Shown: positions 9,886 through 20,908, counted from the stretch's first letter. The stretch: 64,000 nt of DNA from Methanocaldococcus sp. 16A (GCA_049860595.1 CP187551.1), one strand, 5' to 3'. The notes: generated from the sequence alone by a model not told the origin. Numbers and translations: made by a program.

Positions 9886-11022
9886 TCACCTAATATTAAA
9901 TCTAAATTTTAATGGAATTTCCTTGCCATCTTTTATAGCAACAATACTTCTCTCTGTGCATGAAATGCAGGGGTCAATACTTGCATAAGCTGATAAAGCA
10001 TCAGCTACTGTTGGACAGGTTTTTAGCATATATTTATAAGCTTCCAAGTTCATTACTGTTGGAGTTCTAATCATTATTCTTTTTATTATCCCACCATCTG
10101 TAACCTCTATTCTATATGTTACCTCCCCTCTAGGTGCCTCATTTCTCCATTCTCCTTTTCCTCCTTTAATCTCAGCTCTAACCCTAACATCTCCAGAACA
10201 TTCCTCATAGAGTTCCAAAGCTTTTCTAATTAGCCTAATACTTTCTATAATCTCTTCATGTCTTACCATCATTCTTGCAAAATTATCTCCTTCTTCCCTC
10301 CACACTGGTTTAAATTTTAGCTCTTGATACGTTGGATGTCTCAATCTCCAATCACTCTCTGGTAATCCAGAACCTCTACATACAGGACCAACAGCCCTTG
10401 TTCTCATAATTTCGTGATAAGGCAATATAGCAATTCCTTTACTTCTCAAAGTGATTAATGGTCCAGTTTCAAATACCTCAATAATATTTTTTATTTCATC
10501 TTCAAAGATATCAAGTTTTTTGTGAATTTTGTCAATCATCTCTCTATTTATATCTCTCCTGACTCCCCCAATAACATTATAACCCATATTAACTCTATTC
10601 CCAGTTATCATTTCTAATAAATCCATAATTATTTCTCTAACATTCAAAAGCCACATTCCAAGTGTTTCATGTTCAATAGAAAAATTATATACTGCAGAAG
10701 CTATTAAATGACTATGTATTCTTTCTAACTCACAAGTTATTACTCTTAAATATCTCGCTTTGTCTGGAACCTCTATCTTTGATATATGTTCAATGCATTC
10801 AGCAAATGTCATTGTATGAATGTAAGAACAGATTCCACAAACCCTTTCAGCTAAATGTATCCCTTTATGACAGTGTTTCCCTTCCATAATTTTTTCTATA
10901 CCTCTATGTACATAACCCATCTCAATTTCAGCATCAACAGGTTTTTCTCCATCTAAAACAAGTTTAATCCTCAATGGCTCTTTTAATATTGGATGAATTG
11001 GTCCTATAGGAATTGTTGCCAT
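9886..11022 (-). CDS. ehaO: Energy-converting [NiFe] hydrogenase A large subunit
   Basis: [17 protein letters not shown] (L1), [15 protein letters not shown] (L2) group 4 motifs. The track's upstream start lies inside a MITE TIR. Confidence 0.95.
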   Translation of the reverse strand: MATIPIGPIHPILKEPLRIKLVLDGEKPVDAEIEMGYVHRGIEKIMEGKHCHKGIHLAERVCGICSYIHTMTFAECIEHISKIEVPDKARYLRVITCELERIHSHLIASAVYNFSIEHETLGMWLLNVREIIMDLLEMITGNRVNMGYNVIGGVRRDINREMIDKIHKKLDIFEDEIKNIIEVFETGPLITLRSKGIAILPYHEIMRTRAVGPVCRGSGLPESDWRLRHPTYQELKFKPVWREEGDNFARMMVRHEEIIESIRLIRKALELYEECSGDVRVRAEIKGGKGEWRNEAPRGEVTYRIEVTDGGIIKRIMIRTPTVMNLEAYKYMLKTCPTVADALSAYASIDPCISCTERSIVAIKDGKEIPLKFRFNIR

Positions 11023-11044
11023 ATTTTCACTCATCTTTGTTTTT

Positions 11045-11124
11045 AATAGGACTTTCACAGTTTAATATATTTGTTATTTGGAATTTAGACGCCTAAAGAC
11101 TTTTATTCCTGTGAAAGTCCTGTT
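11045..11124. mobile_element. MITE-like element overlapping the ehaN 3' end
   Basis: TIRs AATAGGACTTTCACAG / CTGTGAAAGTCCTGTT, 80 bp; supplies the ehaN stop codon. Confidence 0.75.
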
Positions 11125-11554
11125 GTAGTTTCTTTTCTCTCATTGCTATAGCCTTAGGAGCAACTTTTAATATTGCTTCAATAATCTCAGAAGGTCTTGG
11201 AGGACAGCCTGGAATTTTTGCATCTACTGGAATTATTTTATGAACTCCTCCAACAACATGTCCTTCCTTAAAAATTCCTCCACTTAAAGCACATGCCCCT
11301 ACAGCAACAACTACTTTTGGTTCAGGTGTTTTTTCATAAATTTCTTTTAGCCTTTCAGCCCATTGTAAAGTTACAGGCCCTGTAATAAGTAGAACATCAG
11401 CTTCTCTTGGGTTGTTATGAACATAAATCCCATACTGCTCTATATCATACCTTGGAGCTAAGCAAGAGACGATTTCAATATCACATCCATTACATCCCCC
11501 AGTATTGACAACACACACATGTATTGACCTTTTTCTAATTAGTTCTTTAACCAT
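11093..11554 (-). CDS. ehaN: Energy-converting hydrogenase A small subunit
   Basis: [36 protein letters not shown] (NuoB-like). Confidence 0.95.
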   Translation of the reverse strand: MVKELIRKRSIHVCVVNTGGCNGCDIEIVSCLAPRYDIEQYGIYVHNNPREADVLLITGPVTLQWAERLKEIYEKTPEPKVVVAVGACALSGGIFKEGHVVGGVHKIIPVDAKIPGCPPRPSEIIEAILKVAPKAIAMREKKLQQDFHRNKSL

Positions 11555-11647
11555 GGTTATTTCCTCCTAAATAATTTTAAGAGGGTATACCAATAGGGCG
11601 AAGCCCTATGGTTTCTGAATAGTTCTTTAATCATGGTTATTCCTCCT
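11532..11647. repeat. GC-rich hairpin element flanked by an ~36-bp duplication of the ehaM/ehaN junction
   Basis: Direct repeats at 11532-11568 and 11612-11647 flank CAATAGGGCGAAGCCCTATG. Confidence 0.8.
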
Positions 11648-12050
11648 TCAGCAATTTAATAATCATCTGCCTACCCTCTTCTAAAGCTTCTTTATATGGT
11701 TTTTTATATAACAAATGGCTTTCAACAACCTTTTTTCTAATTAAATCGGCCTCTTCCTTTTTTATTAATCCAAAGAAATCACTAAGCCAACACAACCCTA
11801 AATCAATATCTACCTTCCTACCCAAACAACCCATCTTTGCCTGCTCTGCATAGGCTTGAAGTTCATAGCAAGAAGCAAAATCCAATTTTTTGGCAAATAT
11901 TTCAACAACTTCATCAACATCAATTTTTAATGCCTTAGCTATTGGAATAAATACATCATCCATTAAAAATCTATTATCTTTAAGAACGTTTATTTTTTGC
12001 TTTAGAGCGTTTTCAACATATTTTTTGTCAATATCTACAATCTCAGTCAT
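11637..12050 (-). CDS. ehaM: Eha subunit M
   Basis: Soluble subunit upstream of ehaN; [16 protein letters not shown] motif; operon order. Confidence 0.8.
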   Translation of the reverse strand: MTEIVDIDKKYVENALKQKINVLKDNRFLMDDVFIPIAKALKIDVDEVVEIFAKKLDFASCYELQAYAEQAKMGCLGRKVDIDLGLCWLSDFFGLIKKEEADLIRKKVVESHLLYKKPYKEALEEGRQMIIKLLKEE

Positions 12051-12053
12051 AAA

Positions 12054-12338
12054 TTACCACCTCAAAATATAAAGCAATAAAGCTATAATCAATCCAACAA
12101 TAAACTCAATCCTTCCATATCCTGGCCTCATTCCTAAAGGAAATCCAATTAATAAGCATCCAAGCAGATACAATGGGGAATTTACTAAAATCCCACCAAG
12201 TATTGATAAAGCTAAGGCAATTTTATCAATCTTCTTTTCCACATAAGGGGAAGAATATTTTCTATAACTGTATTCCAATCCAATAAAATTTCCAACAATA
12301 AACAAAATTATAGCTAAATTTAACTCAAATAATCCCAT
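12054..12338 (-). CDS. ehaL: Eha subunit L (membrane)
   Basis: GLEYSYRKY and GMRPGYGR motifs; operon order. Confidence 0.8.
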   Translation of the reverse strand: MGLFELNLAIILFIVGNFIGLEYSYRKYSSPYVEKKIDKIALALSILGGILVNSPLYLLGCLLIGFPLGMRPGYGRIEFIVGLIIALLLYILRW

Positions 12339-12346
12339 AATTCCAC

Positions 12347-12592
12347 CTATGCAGGAATATATAGCTTATATAATGTGTATGCAAAGAAAGCTAAAACCAA
12401 TAACATAAACAGAATTTCAAGAGTTTCCATTTTATGAGCTATTTTTTTGTTTGTAATTGAAATAGTTAATATTAAGATTAATCCAAATATCAAAACTACT
12501 GAAATAACATTAAATTGCATTAATGTTACAAGTATTCCATAAATCACTGCAATAATACAAGCGATTGCAAATAAATAAACATAATTTTTCAT
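12347..12592 (-). CDS. ehaK: Eha subunit K (membrane)
   Basis: Three TM segments; operon order. Confidence 0.7.
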   Translation of the reverse strand: MKNYVYLFAIACIIAVIYGILVTLMQFNVISVVLIFGLILILTISITNKKIAHKMETLEILFMLLVLAFFAYTLYKLYIPA

Positions 12593-12594
12593 TT

Positions 12595-13473
12595 TTATCC
12601 CCCTGTTAGTAATCTATATAATACATCACACAATACAAGCCCAGCAATTGTCATTTGAAGCATAACTGAGTGGTGAGGAGCTAATAATGGTGTCAATCCA
12701 TTAACAAATGCCAAAATTACTGTCATTATCACCATTGCTGTCAATGTCAATATAGGGCTATTTATTACTAAAGGACCTATAAATACAGCTATAAACAGCC
12801 AAAGCAATACAAAGTAAGCTATTGCATCAGCAATATAGATTATAGAGCCCAACAAACCATAATGTTCTGTCATATATCCACTAACAATATCTTTACCCTT
12901 AACTATTCCAAATGGACTGTTAGGAGACTTTGAAACAAGCAGTACAAAGAATGCAAATGCACAAATTGGCATTTTAAACAATAAACTTCCGTTTATTTCT
13001 TGAAATTTTAATATATCTGAAATTAAAACTGAGTGTGTAGTTAAATAGATAGCAGCAACAACAGCAAATAATGGAACTTCTGCAGCAGCTGAGAAAACAC
13101 TTCTAACCCCTCCAAGCTTTCCATAAGGAGATCCAGAAGACAAACCACAACCATGCTCAACAATCTTTTGCAATACATAGATTCCTATAATTATAAGTAA
13201 AGAGGATTTGAAATCAATAGCTATAATTAATGCTGCTAACCATATAGTAATATCCAATAAAGCAACAAATATATAGAGAGGATTTCCAGCAGTTATTGGG
13301 AAAGTTACTTCTTTTACATAGAATTTTAGAGTATGTAATAGATATTGAATGATTGGAGGCCCAGGTCTACCTTGGATTCTTGCCATTATCTTTCTATGCA
13401 ATCCAAGTAATAGAGAACCTACAAGAAATGCGTGAATTGTTAAGTTTATAGTTCCGATAAGTGCAGCATCCAT
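12595..13473 (-). CDS. ehaJ: Eha subunit J (NuoH/EchB-like membrane subunit)
   Basis: RKIMARIQGRPGPPIIQ, SGSPYGKLGGVR, SGYMTEH. Confidence 0.9.
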   Translation of the reverse strand: MDAALIGTINLTIHAFLVGSLLLGLHRKIMARIQGRPGPPIIQYLLHTLKFYVKEVTFPITAGNPLYIFVALLDITIWLAALIIAIDFKSSLLIIIGIYVLQKIVEHGCGLSSGSPYGKLGGVRSVFSAAAEVPLFAVVAAIYLTTHSVLISDILKFQEINGSLLFKMPICAFAFFVLLVSKSPNSPFGIVKGKDIVSGYMTEHYGLLGSIIYIADAIAYFVLLWLFIAVFIGPLVINSPILTLTAMVIMTVILAFVNGLTPLLAPHHSVMLQMTIAGLVLCDVLYRLLTGG

Positions 13474-13618
13474 AAAACCACCCAAATTTACTTTATAGAT
13501 TTAATTTACACCTCCAAGCGTAAGCGAGGAGGTGTTAGCTTTGATGAAACTTTATTAAAGTTTCATTGATAGATTTATAGTTCCGATAAGTGCGGTATCC
13601 ATAAAATCACCTAAATTT
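13441..13618. repeat. Two-hairpin element flanked by an ~49-bp duplication of the ehaJ RBS and first 11 codons
   Basis: Direct repeats at 13441-13489 and 13570-13618 flank ACACCTCCAAGCGTAAGCGAGGAGGTGT and ATGAAACTTTATTAAAGTTTCAT. The same element occurs inverted at 42421-42484. Confidence 0.8.
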
Positions 13619-13622
13619 TTAT

Positions 13623-13832
13623 TTAGTATCCTCTAAATGGCAATTTTCCAATATCTTTTCTTCTTGTTTTTGGAATAACAAATGCTCCAATTCCATACAA
13701 CAGAGAAGGTACTGCAATAACATACAATATGTAACATATCAACCCACTAAACAAAATAATTCCAACAACACACAACAAACCTACAATTAATGAATACAGT
13801 CCAAGTTTTCTCTCTTCATCCATGTTTTTCAC
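13623..13832 (-). CDS. ehaI: Eha subunit I
   Basis: Small 2-TM protein ending LPFRGY; operon order. Confidence 0.75.
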   Translation of the reverse strand: MKNMDEERKLGLYSLIVGLLCVVGIILFSGLICYILYVIAVPSLLYGIGAFVIPKTRRKDIGKLPFRGY

Positions 13833-13833
13833 C

Positions 13834-14490
13834 TTAAATTGTTAATAGAATCTCAACAGTTCTAACAATCAATAATAATGAGGAAAGGTGTATCATCAAT
13901 ATGTATGGTGAGCCGGGAGCTCTAAACATCTCCGCCTTAGCAGCATAGAAAGGAGCTATTCCAGTTTCTCCAGCCATTCCTGCTGCAAAAATAATTTTTT
14001 CAAATAATAAAGATACAGAAGTTTTTGGTAATTCAAATAGTGATAATGTCCCAGTTTTAGCCAATATTAATCCAGCAGAGCCAAATAATGGAAGAGTGGA
14101 TATTATTGCTATAAGCCCATATTGATAGCTTGCATTCAAAACCCATTCCCTTTTTACAGCAGAAACTATTCCAATATTTGCAATTCCAACTAATGTTAAG
14201 AATAAAGCATAATCAAACAAATCACAAGTAAGCATAGCTCCAGCAGTGGCTATCCCACAAACTATGGCCATCATTCTCCTAATTTTTAATTCTTTTAATG
14301 TAACAACTTCTAATTTATCTTCAACTTTAAATTTTTGAGCTTCTAATTGCTTTTCAGGTTTTGTTAAATATACAATGATTGTGAATATCACTGCAGTAAT
14401 AAATCCAATAATTGAAAACTCTGAAAACCCAAATACAATATCTCCAAGAGGAACTATCCCCATTAGAAATCCAGATATTGTTTCAATCAT
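13834..14490 (-). CDS. ehaH: Eha subunit H (antiporter-like membrane subunit)
   Basis: TGTLSLFEL and [20 protein letters not shown] motifs; operon order. Confidence 0.85.
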   Translation of the reverse strand: MIETISGFLMGIVPLGDIVFGFSEFSIIGFITAVIFTIIVYLTKPEKQLEAQKFKVEDKLEVVTLKELKIRRMMAIVCGIATAGAMLTCDLFDYALFLTLVGIANIGIVSAVKREWVLNASYQYGLIAIISTLPLFGSAGLILAKTGTLSLFELPKTSVSLLFEKIIFAAGMAGETGIAPFYAAKAEMFRAPGSPYILMIHLSSLLLIVRTVEILLTI

Positions 14491-15188
14491 TTTACTTCAC
14501 CTATATACCCAATAAGCCCTAATTTTGAACCTACTTTTATAACCAAACCTAAACCTGCCATTAATAGGAATAAAAGCCACTTATCTGGAAATAGAAAGAA
14601 GCCTAAGAATCCTATAACCCATAGAGCCCATGCGATTCCTGATAGCCCAGATATTCCTTCCCACATAGTCTTTAACTCTTTTGAAATATCTAATCCAATA
14701 ACTCTTTGAGATAATGCATAAAACAACAATCCAGTAGCTATAACAGCTCCCCCAGTAAATCCGCTCAATATAGCACCATAAACAATTAAAACTATTGATA
14801 AAAACTTAGGTGAAGTTTTTAAAACCTCCATTTGAACATTATATTTTAATTCTCCAGTATGTAGTGGAAGTTTAAATTCTTCAAACAATTTATAACTTCT
14901 TGGCTTAGGTCTTTTTGATTTTAGATATTTTTTTGTTATTAAAATCTCTGAAACAGCCATAAGTTCAGCTAAACTGACAACTAATCCAGGAAGAATTAAT
15001 GCCTCAGCTAAATCAGTATCAACTCCAGCTATAATTATGAGCATAGCACATTCAATAATATCAGTCAATATTAAGGCATGTAAATCATCTTTTTGAAATC
15101 CAATAGCCAATAACGATAAAATTCCAATGGCAAACCCAATCAATATCGTTGGATGATAGAAATAAGTTATTATATCCATGTTTCTCAC
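14487..15188 (-). CDS. ehaG: Eha subunit G
   Basis: [14 protein letters not shown] and LSGFTGGAV motifs; multi-TM. Confidence 0.8.
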   Translation of the reverse strand: MRNMDIITYFYHPTILIGFAIGILSLLAIGFQKDDLHALILTDIIECAMLIIIAGVDTDLAEALILPGLVVSLAELMAVSEILITKKYLKSKRPKPRSYKLFEEFKLPLHTGELKYNVQMEVLKTSPKFLSIVLIVYGAILSGFTGGAVIATGLLFYALSQRVIGLDISKELKTMWEGISGLSGIAWALWVIGFLGFFLFPDKWLLFLLMAGLGLVIKVGSKLGLIGYIGEVK

Positions 15189-15650
15189 CTAATCCTTGTT
15201 GAAGAGCATCCAACTGAATATCATGAAAGATATTAGTAAGATAGTACTTTCAAGCACTGTATCCATACCTCTTGTGTAGTAGAGAATTTCATCCAATATC
15301 CCCCCAGGTGTTGAAACTATCGTTGTACCAAAGTAGTAGGTTTTATCCTTAATCCACTCAGCTATTGGTGTTAAATAAGCCGTTATTTTCCCAAGATTTG
15401 GGGAATATTGTGGATATTGAGCTTTTAATATTGCTGGCTCTTCTAATGGAATCCCTCCTCTATCATAAGGAGCTAATGGTGTTTTTAATGTCTGAGAGTG
15501 AGGAATTGGTTTAGGATAGAGTTGATTAGGATTTAAATAATGAGGCATCAATAATCCAAATATAAAGATTAAAGCTAAAAATACAGAGAATATCCTTGGA
15601 ACAATCTTTGGTTTTGATAGGTAGTTCCATATTTTTCCTAATTGTTTCAT
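15189..15650 (-). CDS. ehaF: Eha subunit F
   Basis: PLAPYDRGG and [20 protein letters not shown] motifs. Confidence 0.82.
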   Translation of the reverse strand: MKQLGKIWNYLSKPKIVPRIFSVFLALIFIFGLLMPHYLNPNQLYPKPIPHSQTLKTPLAPYDRGGIPLEEPAILKAQYPQYSPNLGKITAYLTPIAEWIKDKTYYFGTTIVSTPGGILDEILYYTRGMDTVLESTILLISFMIFSWMLFNKD

Positions 15651-15662
15651 TCTTTCCCCCTA

Positions 15663-15935
15663 TTATTCATTTTCTTCAAATTCTGCATTTAATATCACAG
15701 CTCTAACCAAAATCAAACTTAAAACTGCATTAACTGCAATAAATGTCATTAATGCCAAAGTTTCGTCATAAGCTAAGAATATTAAAGAGACACCTATTGT
15801 TGGCACTTCCGCATTCATCATCCTAATCAATGGATTACCTACTTTTGGACCAATAATAGTTCCAAGAGTTCCAATAATAATCAATGCATATCCAATATAG
15901 AGAAGATATTCAACAAATTCCATAAAAATCCCCAT
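15663..15935 (-). CDS. ehaE: Eha subunit E
   Basis: Small membrane protein; operon order. Confidence 0.75.
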   Translation of the reverse strand: MGIFMEFVEYLLYIGYALIIIGTLGTIIGPKVGNPLIRMMNAEVPTIGVSLIFLAYDETLALMTFIAVNAVLSLILVRAVILNAEFEENE

Positions 15936-15963
15936 ATTTTATTTGTTTTTTGTTTAAATTATT

Positions 15964-16242
15964 TTATTTAGACAATATTGGAAGATTTCTTCCAGATTTT
16001 TTCTTCTTCTTTATGGTTGTTACATATTTTAGATATCCAAGCAATAAGATTATAGTGCAAATTGGTTCACAGAGTGAAGAGACTATAGCTATATCCAAGT
16101 AATAACTTGATACAATTAAACCAATCATCCCAATTTCCAATAACGCAAACATAATAATTTTATTTATTGGATTGGTATGTAAGATAACTCCAAGTCCTCC
16201 CAATATACAACATATTCCTGCTACTAATGGTAGAATTTCCAA
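15964..16242 (-). CDS. ehaD: Eha subunit D
   Basis: Small membrane protein; TTG start after GGTGA; operon order. Confidence 0.75.
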   Translation of the reverse strand: MEILPLVAGICCILGGLGVILHTNPINKIIMFALLEIGMIGLIVSSYYLDIAIVSSLCEPICTIILLLGYLKYVTTIKKKKKSGRNLPILSK

Positions 16243-16250
16243 AATTTCAC

Positions 16251-16499
16251 CTATTCAACCTGTTTTGTCTGCTCTATTGTGTAAGCAATTGCATTAGATG
16301 ATAAAGTCGAGCATATAAAGTAAATTATAGCTACAATTCCTCCCATTGGACTATTGACATATAAAGCAATCAATGCAGAGATACAAAAGCTTAAACAGCA
16401 AAGATAAAGCAATTTCCTTGCTCTACTTCTCTCTAAGAATATCCTTGCAGTCATTAACAATGCAATAAATCCAATAATTATTTCAACTATATCCATCAT
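16251..16499 (-). CDS. ehaC: Eha subunit C
   Basis: RKLLYL and SSNAIA motifs; operon order. Confidence 0.75.
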   Translation of the reverse strand: MMDIVEIIIGFIALLMTARIFLERSRARKLLYLCCLSFCISALIALYVNSPMGGIVAIIYFICSTLSSNAIAYTIEQTKQVE

Positions 16500-16990
16500 T
16501 CCCCTCTATTCATCTTTTTAGCTATCTTTCCAAGCAATATTGAAGCCCCTTTATGTTCAAATCCTTGTATTGTGAATATTGCCAAAACCATTCCTGCAAT
16601 GAAATACTTTGCCTCAATTATTGGATTTAAGATGTAGATGATGAAAGTTATTGTTAAAGCTCCAATAGTTCCTGCATAACCAGGGTCTGCACATAAACGA
16701 TTGCCAATCCAAACTAATAAAGCCGCTATAAATCCTCCTTCAACTCCCATTAAATAGCTCATTATTGAAGCTAATAATGTTCCTGCTGAAGCGTCTGGAG
16801 AGCAAACGATATTTCCCATAAAGTAGCCACCATGAATATTTCCACCAATATCTCTAATTTTCTCCCCTATTGTCTTAGCTCCTAAAACACCTGGCTTTTC
16901 TGGCAATCCAAAATAAGTATCAATGAGAACAAAGTTAAGCCAGCATATAATTCCTGCTACAATAACTTTTATAATCTCAAAGGCTTCCAT
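16496..16990 (-). CDS. ehaB: Eha subunit B
   Basis: [37 protein letters not shown] motifs. Confidence 0.82.
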   Translation of the reverse strand: MEAFEIIKVIVAGIICWLNFVLIDTYFGLPEKPGVLGAKTIGEKIRDIGGNIHGGYFMGNIVCSPDASAGTLLASIMSYLMGVEGGFIAALLVWIGNRLCADPGYAGTIGALTITFIIYILNPIIEAKYFIAGMVLAIFTIQGFEHKGASILLGKIAKKMNRGE

Positions 16991-17256
16991 TATGGCTCAC
17001 CAAACAACTTATCTGCATATTTTGATAGCAAAGCTCCAAATAAGCCAGCAAAGATTGCTAAGCTTATATAATCTCCAAATAGATTTCTAAATATTGCCTC
17101 AATACCTAAAGCCAATATTGGTGTTGGAAACATAACAGATGTCTCAAAGCTAAACCTTATAGGCTTTTCTTTTGGAAGTAATGGAAGTTTTAAGATTAAA
17201 GCAACAATAATTGATGTTATTAAAGCTATTAGATACAAAATAATTATGTTCATCAC
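16990..17256 (-). CDS. ehaA: Eha subunit A
   Basis: [19 protein letters not shown] motif; first membrane gene of the operon. Confidence 0.8.
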   Translation of the reverse strand: MMNIIILYLIALITSIIVALILKLPLLPKEKPIRFSFETSVMFPTPILALGIEAIFRNLFGDYISLAIFAGLFGALLSKYADKLFGEP

Positions 17257-17260
17257 CTTC

Positions 17261-17899
17261 TCACCAACAATGGATTATAATACAATCTTTATTTGTTGAA
17301 TAAATTGGTGGAACCTCATCTTTTGGGAATACTTGAATAATAACTTTTTTACCTGTTTTTTTCATAAACTTTTTTTCCAATCTTCTAACATCTGAGCAAT
17401 CTAAAAATATCTCAACATATTTATTATCAAGATGTTTTCCTATAATTCTTATCTTCCCTCTTGATAACTCTATACTTTCAATATCCATTACTTCCAATCT
17501 ATTTTTCATCTCATTTAGTAGATTTTCTTTACTTATAATCAATACCGGATAGCCTTCAATTGTTCTCAAATATCTCCTATCACCTTTTTCAATAATCTCA
17601 GAAACAAAATCAGCGAAGGTGTCTTCAAATTTTAATAAAGAGAGAGTATCTAAAAGTTCAATTATTGGGTCTTCAACATTGTTTGATGAGAAGCATTTTA
17701 ATAAACCAAGAGTTACTGCAGTTGCTATGAGTTTAGTTGCCTGTCTTTTACCTTTCTCTAACATACTAAGATGAGATTGGCTAATCCCACTTTCCTTAGC
17801 TAATTTTGATTGAGTAATTTTTAATTTTTCTCTAAACGCTTGAATGTATTGTGGATTTAGCAATATTGCTCTTTCAATAATTTCTAATTTTTTATACAT
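17261..17899 (-). CDS. XRE/HTH_3 transcriptional regulator heading the eha operon
   Basis: [30 protein letters not shown] helix-turn-helix. Confidence 0.8.
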   Translation of the reverse strand: MYKKLEIIERAILLNPQYIQAFREKLKITQSKLAKESGISQSHLSMLEKGKRQATKLIATAVTLGLLKCFSSNNVEDPIIELLDTLSLLKFEDTFADFVSEIIEKGDRRYLRTIEGYPVLIISKENLLNEMKNRLEVMDIESIELSRGKIRIIGKHLDNKYVEIFLDCSDVRRLEKKFMKKTGKKVIIQVFPKDEVPPIYSTNKDCIIIHCW

Positions 17900-17997
17900 G
17901 CTCTCACGGAATTATTATACTTTTGTGCAAAATAAACTAAACTCTATAAGGAAAATGTATTCCGCCATTTTTCATAATCAATCATTATATTATCGCT

Positions 17998-18032
17998 ATG
18001 GAATAACATTATCCCATGAGAAATATATAAAA
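17998..18032 (-). promoter_or_regulatory. Candidate eha promoter TATA box with adjacent inverted repeat
   Basis: Minus strand reads TTTTATATAT, then ATGGGATAA-TG-TTATTCCAT (8 of 9 bp palindrome). Confidence 0.4.
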
Positions 18033-18100
18033 GTTACCCACAAAAAAGAAGACGAAAAGTTTATATATTAGATTGATTAAAAGTTCCCTTAGGTGATAAA

Positions 18101-18682
18101 ATGGAGAATGTACAAAGATTGGACTGTCCAGTATGTGGAGGAAAAGGTACTTTTGTAATAACTTCTCATCAAATAGATATTCCTTACTTTGGCCCTGTAC
18201 TGGAAACAACAATGATTTGTGAAAAATGTAATTTTAGAAGAAGTGATGTATTTCCATTAGAAGTTAGAGAACCAAAAAAGTATATGTTAAAAATTAAAAA
18301 TGAGAGAGATTTAAATAAGAGAGTTGTTAGAAGTTCTTCTGCGTATATACAAATTCCTGAGCTTGGTGTAGAAATTAAACCTGGGCCATTAGCTGAAGGG
18401 TTTGTTAGCAATGTTGAAGGAGTTCTAAATAGAATTGATAATATATTACAAACTTTAATTAGATGGGCTGAGACAGAAGAACAAAAAAAGAAAGCTGAAG
18501 AGCTTAGAGAAAGGATAAAAAAATTAAAAGAAGGTAAAGATGAGGCAACTTTAATATTGATAGACCCATTAGGGCATAGTGCGATTATTGGAGATGGTGT
18601 TGAAGAAGAGATATTAAGCGAAGAAGAAGTTGAAAAATTAAAAGAAGGAATTGTAATCATGGACTTGGATAAGAAAAAATAG
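18101..18682 (+). CDS. ZPR1 zinc-finger domain protein
   Basis: CPVCG...IPYFG...CEKCNFR, IPELGVEIKPG, DPLGHS. Confidence 0.93.
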   Translation: MENVQRLDCPVCGGKGTFVITSHQIDIPYFGPVLETTMICEKCNFRRSDVFPLEVREPKKYMLKIKNERDLNKRVVRSSSAYIQIPELGVEIKPGPLAEGFVSNVEGVLNRIDNILQTLIRWAETEEQKKKAEELRERIKKLKEGKDEATLILIDPLGHSAIIGDGVEEEILSEEEVEKLKEGIVIMDLDKKK

Positions 18683-18683
18683 C

Positions 18684-18739
18684 GGCTCAGTTCGGGTAAG
18701 TATCATCACAGTTCAGCTAACCCTCTTTTCATCATTGCC
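18684..18739 (-). ncRNA. C/D box methylation guide sRNA (dual guide, 23S rRNA)
   Basis: GGC-A-AUGAUGA (C)-AAAGAGGGUUAG-CUGA (D')-ACU-GUGAUGA (C')-UACUUACCCGAA-CUGA (D)-GCC. It has a terminal stem and two 12-nt guides complementary to conserved 23S segments UAACCCUCUU and UCGGGUAAGU. Confidence 0.9.
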
Positions 18740-18787
18740 ATATTTACATATTGTTTTTTAAGTTTTTAATAGTTTTTGTTTTATTAT

Positions 18788-18842
18788 TAAGATTTTCGCA
18801 GCTTATATATTATTATTAAATATTTATTCTTGCAAAGTTATA
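18788..18842. repeat. Short degenerate copy of the MITE-like element
   Basis: TAAGATTTTCGCAG...TTTATTCTTGCAAAGTTATA. Confidence 0.45.
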
Positions 18843-18960
18843 TTACTTTTATCACAATCTTTTGTAAGTAAAAAGGTTTTTATTCCATGAACTCTAAAAT
18901 TTATTATGTAATATTCTTAAAACTCAATTAAAGTACTAAGAAAGCAGAAATGGTGAAACC

Positions 18961-19398
18961 TTGTACAAAAAAATAGTCATTCCAACTGACGGCTCAGAAG
19001 TTTCATTAGAAGCTGCAAAGCATGCAATTAATATAGCTAAAGAATTTGATGCTGAGGTTTACGCAATATATGTTGTTGATGTCTCTCCATTTGTTGGGCT
19101 ACCTGCAGAAGGAAGCTGGGAAATGATAAGTGAGCTACTAAAAGAGGAGGGGCATGAGGCTTTAAAAAAGGTTAAAAAATTAGCTGAAGAGTTTGGCGTA
19201 GAAATTCATACAGAGATGTTGGAGGGAATTCCTGCAAAAGAAATTGTTGAATTTGCTGAAAAGAAAAAAGCAGATTTAATTGTTATGGGTACTACAGGAA
19301 AAACAGGATTGGAGAGAATATTACTTGGTAGTGTTGCTGAAAGAGTTATTAAAAATTCTCATTGTCCGGTTTTAGTTGTCAAAAAGCCAAAGAAATAA
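18961..19398 (+). CDS. Universal stress protein (UspA family)
   Basis: KKIVIPTDGS, DLIVMGTTGKTG..LLGSVAERV; TTG start after GGTGA. Confidence 0.93.
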   Translation: MYKKIVIPTDGSEVSLEAAKHAINIAKEFDAEVYAIYVVDVSPFVGLPAEGSWEMISELLKEEGHEALKKVKKLAEEFGVEIHTEMLEGIPAKEIVEFAEKKKADLIVMGTTGKTGLERILLGSVAERVIKNSHCPVLVVKKPKK

Positions 19399-19400
19399 AC

Positions 19401-20576
19401 TTATAATAAATCTTTGAAGTATTTTAAAAGGGAAGGTTTTTTAGTTATTATTCTTTTAACAAATTTTTTCAAATCTATACCATCTAAACTCTCTCCTAAA
19501 GCTTCTGCTAAAGCATCCAACTCATCATCACTCATTTTCTCTAAGATTTTTCTATATTTTAGATGATTCATTAAATACTCATAATGCTTTTCTTTCCATC
19601 TCCTTTCATATTCTTTTAATGTTTTTTCAGTCCAGTCATTTGCTTTTATTGATTTACTTGCCACTTCTCCAGCTATTAATCCACAATCCATTGCTAAATA
19701 AATTCCTCCACCAGTTAATGGGCTTATTTGCCCAGCAGCATCTCCAACAACTAAAAGGCCATCAGTATAGGTTTTTTCTATAGGACCAGAAACAGGAGCT
19801 CCTCCAACTTTAAATTCTATTGGTGTTGCATTTTTTAATCTATCTTTAGCTAAGCCATTTTCTATAAATTCTTCTAAATAATCAATTGCCTTCTTTTTCT
19901 TATCTCTAACTCCTAAGCCAACATTTGCCGTATCTCCTTTAGGGAATATCCAAACATAACCTCCTGGAGCAACTTCATTCCCAAAATAGAATTCCATCAT
20001 ATTTTTATCCAACAATTCAACATTTGTCATTTCATATTCAGCACAGGAACAAACTTCTAATGGTTTTTTCTTTGCTTTTAGTCCTGCATATTCAGCAATA
20101 TTGCTTTCTACTCCATCGGCAGCTATAACCACTTTAGTCTTTATAGCATACTCCTCTCCTAAGAAATCAACTATAACATTCCAATAATCCCCATCCCTCT
20201 CCAAACCTACAGCCGTTGTTTTTACTGCTACTTTAGCTCCAGCTTTAGCTGCTCTTATAGCTAAATATTTATCAAAAATCTTTCTCTCAACTATATATCC
20301 TTGAGCTTTATCTTGAGTTACTGTAATCTTTTTTCCAGATGGGGAGAAGAGAATTCCTCCCTTAATAATGTTTCTAACAAACTCTGGTTCAGGTTTTAAT
20401 CCAAATTCCTCTATTGATGGAATTGCCTCAGCACACCTAACTGGCTCCCCAATCTCCTGAGATTTCTCAATTAATAGTGTTTTGGCTCCATTCTTTGCTG
20501 ATGCATAACTAGCCATGCTTCCTCCTGGTCCAGCTCCAACAACCACTACATCATATACATCATTTAACTCTCTCAT
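19401..20576 (-). CDS. Digeranylgeranylglycerophospholipid reductase (geranylgeranyl reductase family)
   Basis: [11 protein letters not shown] motif, [30 protein letters not shown]. Confidence 0.9.
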   Translation of the reverse strand: MRELNDVYDVVVVGAGPGGSMASYASAKNGAKTLLIEKSQEIGEPVRCAEAIPSIEEFGLKPEPEFVRNIIKGGILFSPSGKKITVTQDKAQGYIVERKIFDKYLAIRAAKAGAKVAVKTTAVGLERDGDYWNVIVDFLGEEYAIKTKVVIAADGVESNIAEYAGLKAKKKPLEVCSCAEYEMTNVELLDKNMMEFYFGNEVAPGGYVWIFPKGDTANVGLGVRDKKKKAIDYLEEFIENGLAKDRLKNATPIEFKVGGAPVSGPIEKTYTDGLLVVGDAAGQISPLTGGGIYLAMDCGLIAGEVASKSIKANDWTEKTLKEYERRWKEKHYEYLMNHLKYRKILEKMSDDELDALAEALGESLDGIDLKKFVKRIITKKPSLLKYFKDLL

Positions 20577-20746
20577 TATTCTCCCTCTAATGCATTTAAT
20601 GGGCATACTATTGTGCATAACTTACAATTATTACATTTTTTTTCATCAATAACTATAATATGTTCCATTAAATTAATTGCCATCTTTTCACAAACTCCAA
20701 CACATGCTCCACAATAACCACATTTTTTATGATTTATTTTTACCAT
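20576..20746 (-). CDS. 2x[4Fe-4S] ferredoxin, coupled to the reductase gene
   Basis: [11 protein letters not shown] and [12 protein letters not shown]; stop overlaps the next start. Confidence 0.88.
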   Translation of the reverse strand: MVKINHKKCGYCGACVGVCEKMAINLMEHIIVIDEKKCNNCKLCTIVCPLNALEGE

Positions 20747-20908
20747 AATTTCCCTCAATTTCTGCTATTGGTTAAATTATAACTTATAAGAACTACAAAA
20801 TATAAAATATAGGTTGTTATTGTTTATTATCACATTGACTATAAAACCTTTATGTTACAAATTTAAGTAGTTTAAGTTGTTTTTAGTAAAAATTAAATTA
20901 AAATTAAC

